52,334 nt of DNA, from positions 1 through 52,334 of the forward strand of contig CAYMNU010000082.1 in assembly GCA_964391885.1 (NCBI GenBank), in the 5' to 3' direction. Below are positions 48,569 to 52,334 of this stretch, piece by piece. Source of the DNA: an uncultured archaeon. Its GTDB lineage: Archaea > Altiarchaeota > Altiarchaeia > JAFGQM01. Below the pieces are notes generated by a model. It worked only from the letters and a program-made list of their open reading frames with translations, made no database searches and was not told where the DNA came from. A program made the translations under genes and the position numbers. The first letter of the stretch is position 1; every line of letters begins with the position of its first letter.

Positions 48569-49795
48569 TTAATAAAAATCAATTTCGAACTCAAACATAC
48601 TCTGAATCAAAACACAAATATTATGGCATAGTATCTTGCAGAGTACCTCGTTCATCTGCGCCACTTTCGTCTTACTCCTCACAGAATCCCCAAACTTCGA
48701 CTTTATCATGTGAAACGTAGTCTCCACGTTGCTTCTCTTGTGGTAGTGCTGCATGAATTGATCATTATTCAGTTGAAAGTAATGGTACATCTTCTTCCAA
48801 ATCTCATGGCCTGACCTATTCGTAGTCCTAATCCTTGCCGGATTTGTTGAAACGTTCGTCTTGAACGGAATGTATGGTGTAGCTCCAAGATCGTCCACAA
48901 GCTTTAGGTTCATCTTGGATGAGTAGGCCTTGTCTGCGCTTACCTCACTTATCCGAAAGTTTTCAGCGGTTTTCTTGACAAGAGGCTCAAACTGCGGCGA
49001 GTCGCTGCCGTAGGCGTCTGTGAGCTCGACCCCAGTCACGATGTTTGTCCTTACTCCGCACATTAAGTGCGTTTTGATCCAAATACGCTCAACACGTTCA
49101 CGCCCGTACTTGTAATCAAACCAGCGATCGAACCTACCTGTTGAAAACCCGCTGGAATCAACGGCAAAGTCTCTTTCTATTCCTTTTAGCGGCAGACTGC
49201 TCCTAACTATTAACTCCTTAAGTATTAGTGTTAAGTCTTCATCCATTAAGTAGTTTGAAACGGATGTGTAGTGGGGAACCTTACTTATAAGCCCCTTTTC
49301 CTTGGCTGTTTTCATATCGCTGGTAAATCTTCTGTGTGAGTATCCAGAGTAAACCTTGAACGCAGAGCAGAATACCATATCTGCCTTAGAAAGTTTTGGT
49401 CTGCCAAATGTATATTTCTCGTTTGGAATACTCTGACAGAGTTCGCCTAGCAACTCCAAGAACATCTCCCTTTCCTTTGTTTGAGCCTTGTCGTAGTTTG
49501 GCCAATCTTGGCCATAAGTTATCTTGACTGTCTTTGTGATAGTCTTTCTGCCTTCCTTGTCAACCGCCTTCTTGAGCAGATATTCTACAGCCCAAATATG
49601 CTTGCACTTGACGTCCCTCGTCTGGCAATCTGGACAGGAGCAAGTCGGATGATGGTCATCCAGCTTGACCTTGTATCTGCTTGGCCCGCCCTGTGCCGGG
49701 ACGAGAAAGGAGTTCGGCGAAACCTGCGTTATGCGGCTGGTGTTCGCAATCTCCAACCCTCTCAGTTGTCTTCCTTCTGTAGTTCTCATTTCCAT
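48569..49795 (-). CDS. DDE transposase (DDE_Tnp_1, IS4/IS5-superfamily-like) with N-terminal SWIM Zn finger
   Basis: SWIM 'CSCPDCQTRDVKCKH'; triad 'AVDSSGF', 'SADKAY', 'YHKRSNVET'; ORF intact. Confidence 0.92.
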   Translation of the reverse strand: MEMRTTEGRQLRGLEIANTSRITQVSPNSFLVPAQGGPSRYKVKLDDHHPTCSCPDCQTRDVKCKHIWAVEYLLKKAVDKEGRKTITKTVKITYGQDWPNYDKAQTKEREMFLELLGELCQSIPNEKYTFGRPKLSKADMVFCSAFKVYSGYSHRRFTSDMKTAKEKGLISKVPHYTSVSNYLMDEDLTLILKELIVRSSLPLKGIERDFAVDSSGFSTGRFDRWFDYKYGRERVERIWIKTHLMCGVRTNIVTGVELTDAYGSDSPQFEPLVKKTAENFRISEVSADKAYSSKMNLKLVDDLGATPYIPFKTNVSTNPARIRTTNRSGHEIWKKMYHYFQLNNDQFMQHYHKRSNVETTFHMIKSKFGDSVRSKTKVAQMNEVLCKILCHNICVLIQSMFEFEIDFY

Positions 49796-49882
49796 TCTTT
49801 GTAAATATTTGTATATATTTTAGAAGTTACTCCTATAAAAACCTTTACAAAGATTTATATAGGGAGAACTTCTAGATTAGGT

Positions 49883-50035
49883 ATGGAAAAAAGCACTAAG
49901 TTCGTAAAAGAAGTCATCGAGCTTACTAAACCCCCATATGTGACCCTTGCGGTCTCCATACCCTCAAAAGACGCCAAAAAGCTAGGGCTGAAGAAAGGTT
50001 CAAAGGTCATGGTTACCATCAATAAGTTTGAATAG
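49883..50035 (+). CDS. 50-aa AbrB/MazE/SpoVT-like regulator (not in ORF track)
   Basis: MEKSTKFVKEVIELTKPPYVTLAVSIPSKDAKKLGLKKGSKVMVTINKFE*; stops 6 nt before the MTase. Confidence 0.8.
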   Translation: MEKSTKFVKEVIELTKPPYVTLAVSIPSKDAKKLGLKKGSKVMVTINKFE

Positions 50036-50041
50036 TCTACA

Positions 50042-51049
50042 ATGGGGGATCGGGAAAGGTATACGGTAATTGAGCTCTTTGCAGGGGCAGGTGGGCTTGC
50101 ACTAGGCTTTGAAAGTGCTGGTTTTGAGTCAAAGCTTCTTGTTGAGATAGATAGGTATTGTGTGGAGACACTAAAGCTCAACAGGCCTAATTGGAATGTA
50201 TTACATAAGGACATAAAAGAGATTGACTTCAAGGGTATGACTGCCGATGTTGTAACCGGTGGCTTTCCATGCCAGGCATTTAGCCATGCAGGCAAGAAAC
50301 TAGGTTTTGAGGACACCCGTGGAACTTTATTTTTTGACTTTGCACGTTGTGTAAAGGAAGTCCAACCTAGGATATTTGTTGGTGAGAATGTGGAGGGGCT
50401 AGCACGACATGACGGAGGGAAAACCCTTAAGACAATACTCAGCGTCCTTAAGTCGTTTGGCTACAATGTGCAGTATAAGGTATTGAATGCCTTAGATTAT
50501 GGGGTCGCCCAGAAAAGGAAACGTATAGTCATAGTGGGAACAAAAGATGGGATCTCCTTCTCCTTCCCACATCCAAATAGCAATAGAATTACATTAAGGG
50601 AGGCTCTGAAGGATGCCCCCCCATCAGATGGTGTCAAATATCCAGAGAAACGAAAGAAGGTATTGGATTTAGTGCCCCCTGGAGGGTGTTGGGTTAACTT
50701 ACCTGAAGATGTAAAAAAGGAGTACATGGGCGCTAGCTATTATTCAGGTGGTGGCCGGAGGGGTATGGCAAGACGGCTATCTTGGGATGAGCCTTGCTTA
50801 ACCCTAACTACATCACCTTACCAAAAGTTTACCGAAAGGTGCCATCCAGAAGAGACTAGACCATTTACAGTCAGGGAATATGCAAGAATACAATCATTCC
50901 CGGATGAATGGGAATTTGTCGGGGGCATTGGTGCACAGTATAAGCAAATAGGCAATGCTGTGCCAGTGAAGCTTGCTGAAGCAGTTGGCAAGTCAGTAAT
51001 GGCAGCTTTAAAGGGCAAGTCTAAAAACCCATTATATGGAAGCAATTAA
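50042..51049 (+). CDS. DNA (cytosine-5) methyltransferase
   Basis: Motifs I 'FAGAGG', IV 'GGFPCQ', VI 'ENV', VIII 'QKRKR', IX 'TVREYARIQSFPD', X 'QIGNAVP'. Confidence 0.97.
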   Translation: MGDRERYTVIELFAGAGGLALGFESAGFESKLLVEIDRYCVETLKLNRPNWNVLHKDIKEIDFKGMTADVVTGGFPCQAFSHAGKKLGFEDTRGTLFFDFARCVKEVQPRIFVGENVEGLARHDGGKTLKTILSVLKSFGYNVQYKVLNALDYGVAQKRKRIVIVGTKDGISFSFPHPNSNRITLREALKDAPPSDGVKYPEKRKKVLDLVPPGGCWVNLPEDVKKEYMGASYYSGGGRRGMARRLSWDEPCLTLTTSPYQKFTERCHPEETRPFTVREYARIQSFPDEWEFVGGIGAQYKQIGNAVPVKLAEAVGKSVMAALKGKSKNPLYGSN

Positions 51050-51738
51050 AATGCAGCTTGGAGGAAATGGCTCAAGAGTTGCTTATCTCCCTCTGTAAAC
51101 TCAACACCGACCCCTACAACCTCCATAATCGCCTTAGGCAAGGCAACAGCAAGTTCATCTAAGGCATTTGGATTTCCAGTTACTAACGTATATACATCCT
51201 TACCAAATACCTTATAAAGTCGGGGTGTGGTAACACCTAGATATTTAAAGGGTATTGTCCCTGATTTGCCGCTCTTTGTTATGATAAACGCATAATAGGC
51301 CTTTGCATTTGGGTATTTTTCTAAAACCCTAGCTAATTTATTCCTAGTTCCTTCCATAGCTGCAGAGTTAACTGTATTATGTTTGTTTTTCAGTTCAATG
51401 AAGATAGTATTGTCCTCCTTCTTTAGGTCAACCTCACACTTGTCTCCCACACCAAGATCGACCCAACCCTCAACACCTCCCAAAAGTCTTTGGTGGAAGT
51501 TCCCAGTTGCATTGTTTATTGTCTTGTCATTTTGCCTGATTACTTCATCTCTAGTCCACGCTTCAACACCAACCCCTTTAATACAACAATCAAAAAGAAC
51601 CTTGAATGGGTCAACAGTATTTTTTTCTATGCCTCTAGTTTCAGGCGGACCTTCTGGATCAGGATATACTGAGGTTACCTCCTTGATACATTGCAAGAGA
51701 TGGGCATCAGATATGTACTTGAGGTATTTATTGGACAT
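51046..51738 (-). CDS. Type II restriction endonuclease, Eco47II/Sau96I-like
   Basis: 'DKTINNATGNFHQ', 'VDL...FIELKNKHNTVNS'; convergent with the MTase. Confidence 0.85.
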   Translation of the reverse strand: MSNKYLKYISDAHLLQCIKEVTSVYPDPEGPPETRGIEKNTVDPFKVLFDCCIKGVGVEAWTRDEVIRQNDKTINNATGNFHQRLLGGVEGWVDLGVGDKCEVDLKKEDNTIFIELKNKHNTVNSAAMEGTRNKLARVLEKYPNAKAYYAFIITKSGKSGTIPFKYLGVTTPRLYKVFGKDVYTLVTGNPNALDELAVALPKAIMEVVGVGVEFTEGDKQLLSHFLQAAF

Positions 51739-51780
51739 TTTCCTAGGCTGAAACTTAATAATCGGATTAATAAAAACAAC

Positions 51781-52185
51781 ATGGTCGATAAATTTGATAA
51801 AGAGACTAGAAGTAGGATAATGTCGAGGATACGTTCAGAGGATACCACCATAGAAGTTAACTTCAGAAAAGCCCTATGGGCAGAGGGCTTACACTACAGG
51901 ACACATTATAAGACTAGTGTCGGGAAACCCGATATTGTTTTCCCCGGGAAGAAGGTTGTAATCTTTGTTGATGGGGATTTCTGGCATGGATATAATTGGA
52001 AGAAGTTAGGGAAAGTACCACCAAGGGGGTTCTGGCAAGAGAAAATAGAGCGCAATATGGCTAGGGATAAAATGCAGACACGACAGCTCAGAAGGGATGG
52101 CTGGACTGTCCTACGCTTCTGGGAACATGAACTTAAGGAAAATATGGATTCATGTGTTAAGAAAGTCAATAAGACGCTCGAATAG
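51781..52185 (+). CDS. vsr: Very short patch repair endonuclease
   Basis: 'RSRIMSRIRSEDT', 'GKPDIVF', 'FVDGDFWHG', 'FWQEKIERNMARD', 'GWTVLRFWEH'. Start at ATG 51781. Confidence 0.95.
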   Translation: MVDKFDKETRSRIMSRIRSEDTTIEVNFRKALWAEGLHYRTHYKTSVGKPDIVFPGKKVVIFVDGDFWHGYNWKKLGKVPPRGFWQEKIERNMARDKMQTRQLRRDGWTVLRFWEHELKENMDSCVKKVNKTLE

Positions 52186-52187
52186 TA

Positions 52188-52241
52188 ACTTTTTCTACAA
52201 AATCCCGACTTTATCTACAGAAGGAACTTTTTCTACAAAGC
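52188..52241 (+). repeat. Right end: three ACTTT(T/A)TCTACA copies, the last forming the TIR
   Basis: Copies at 52188-52199, 52208-52219 and 52226-52237. Confidence 0.9.
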
Positions 52242-52252
52242 CGGTTTTTGAG
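52242..52252 (+). repeat. Right target-site duplication CGGTTTTTGAG
   Basis: Identical to 47060-47070. Confidence 0.9.
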
Positions 52253-52262
52253 CAGTTCCAAA

Positions 52263-52334
52263 TCACTTCCAAGTCGAGAAAGTGACTTCTCTGGTAACCC
52301 TTGTGGTGGGGTATATCCTCTCGCTGAGTTCGTC
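52263..52334 (-). CDS. Possible 3' end of a host gene running off the window
   Basis: Open frame ...DELSERIYPTTRVTREVTFSTWK*; too short to identify. Confidence 0.3.
   Translation of the reverse strand, partial: DELSERIYPTTRVTREVTFSTWK

Larger units (their letters stand above)
47071..52241. mobile_element. 5,171-bp cargo-carrying DDE transposon
   Basis: TIRs GCTTTGTAGATAAAGT (47071-47086) and ACTTTTTCTACAAAGC (52226-52241), 15/16 complementary. 11-bp TSD, internal transposase, visibly AT-richer cargo. Confidence 0.9.

Noticed and set aside
48514-49852. Simple IS bounded by CTTTGTAA/TTACAAAG next to the transposase
   Set aside because: Only an 8-bp match in AT-rich DNA with no flanking duplication; the distant 16-bp TIRs plus 11-bp TSD explain the element much better.
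49855-50316. 153-aa minus-strand ORF
   Set aside because: It is antisense to the AbrB-like gene and the MTase motifs I-IV.

Overview
About 52 kb of an archaeal chromosome. The BRE/TATA promoters, TFB, the RNAP H-B-A'-A'' operon, the BHB tRNA intron and archaeal SAM synthetase are seen directly. A DPANN-type lineage is inferred from the gene style and the Cys-rich dockerin surface proteins. Most of the window is housekeeping: HerA, L44e, GINS, Trx, aIF5A, MinD, Sm, MAT, Kae1-Bud32, RdgB, TFB, XPD, PPDK and RNAP. Standout observations: (1) A 5,171-bp cargo transposon (47071-52241) has 16-bp terminal inverted repeats, an exact 11-bp target duplication, asymmetric subterminal repeats and a central SWIM-zinc-finger DDE transposase. 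It carries a TGT-like barrel protein, two tiny regulators and an Eco47II-like R-M/Vsr module, and is inserted at the RNA polymerase promoter. (2) A family of tRNA-trailing hairpin units (3 after tRNA-Val, 1 after tRNA-Asp) shares a conserved core but ends in the 3' end of the host tRNA. Both loci are followed by paralogous dockerin-bearing surface proteins. (3) A ~310-nt run of about 9 consecutive hairpins with its own TATA box lies upstream of a radical-SAM/DUF4130 pair. (4) There are tandem toxin-antitoxin modules with duplicated upstream regions and heptamer repeats. (5) A cluster of small paralogous membrane proteins sits next to a degenerate HerA-like ATPase. Several real-looking microproteins (29-50 aa) are absent from the ORF track.
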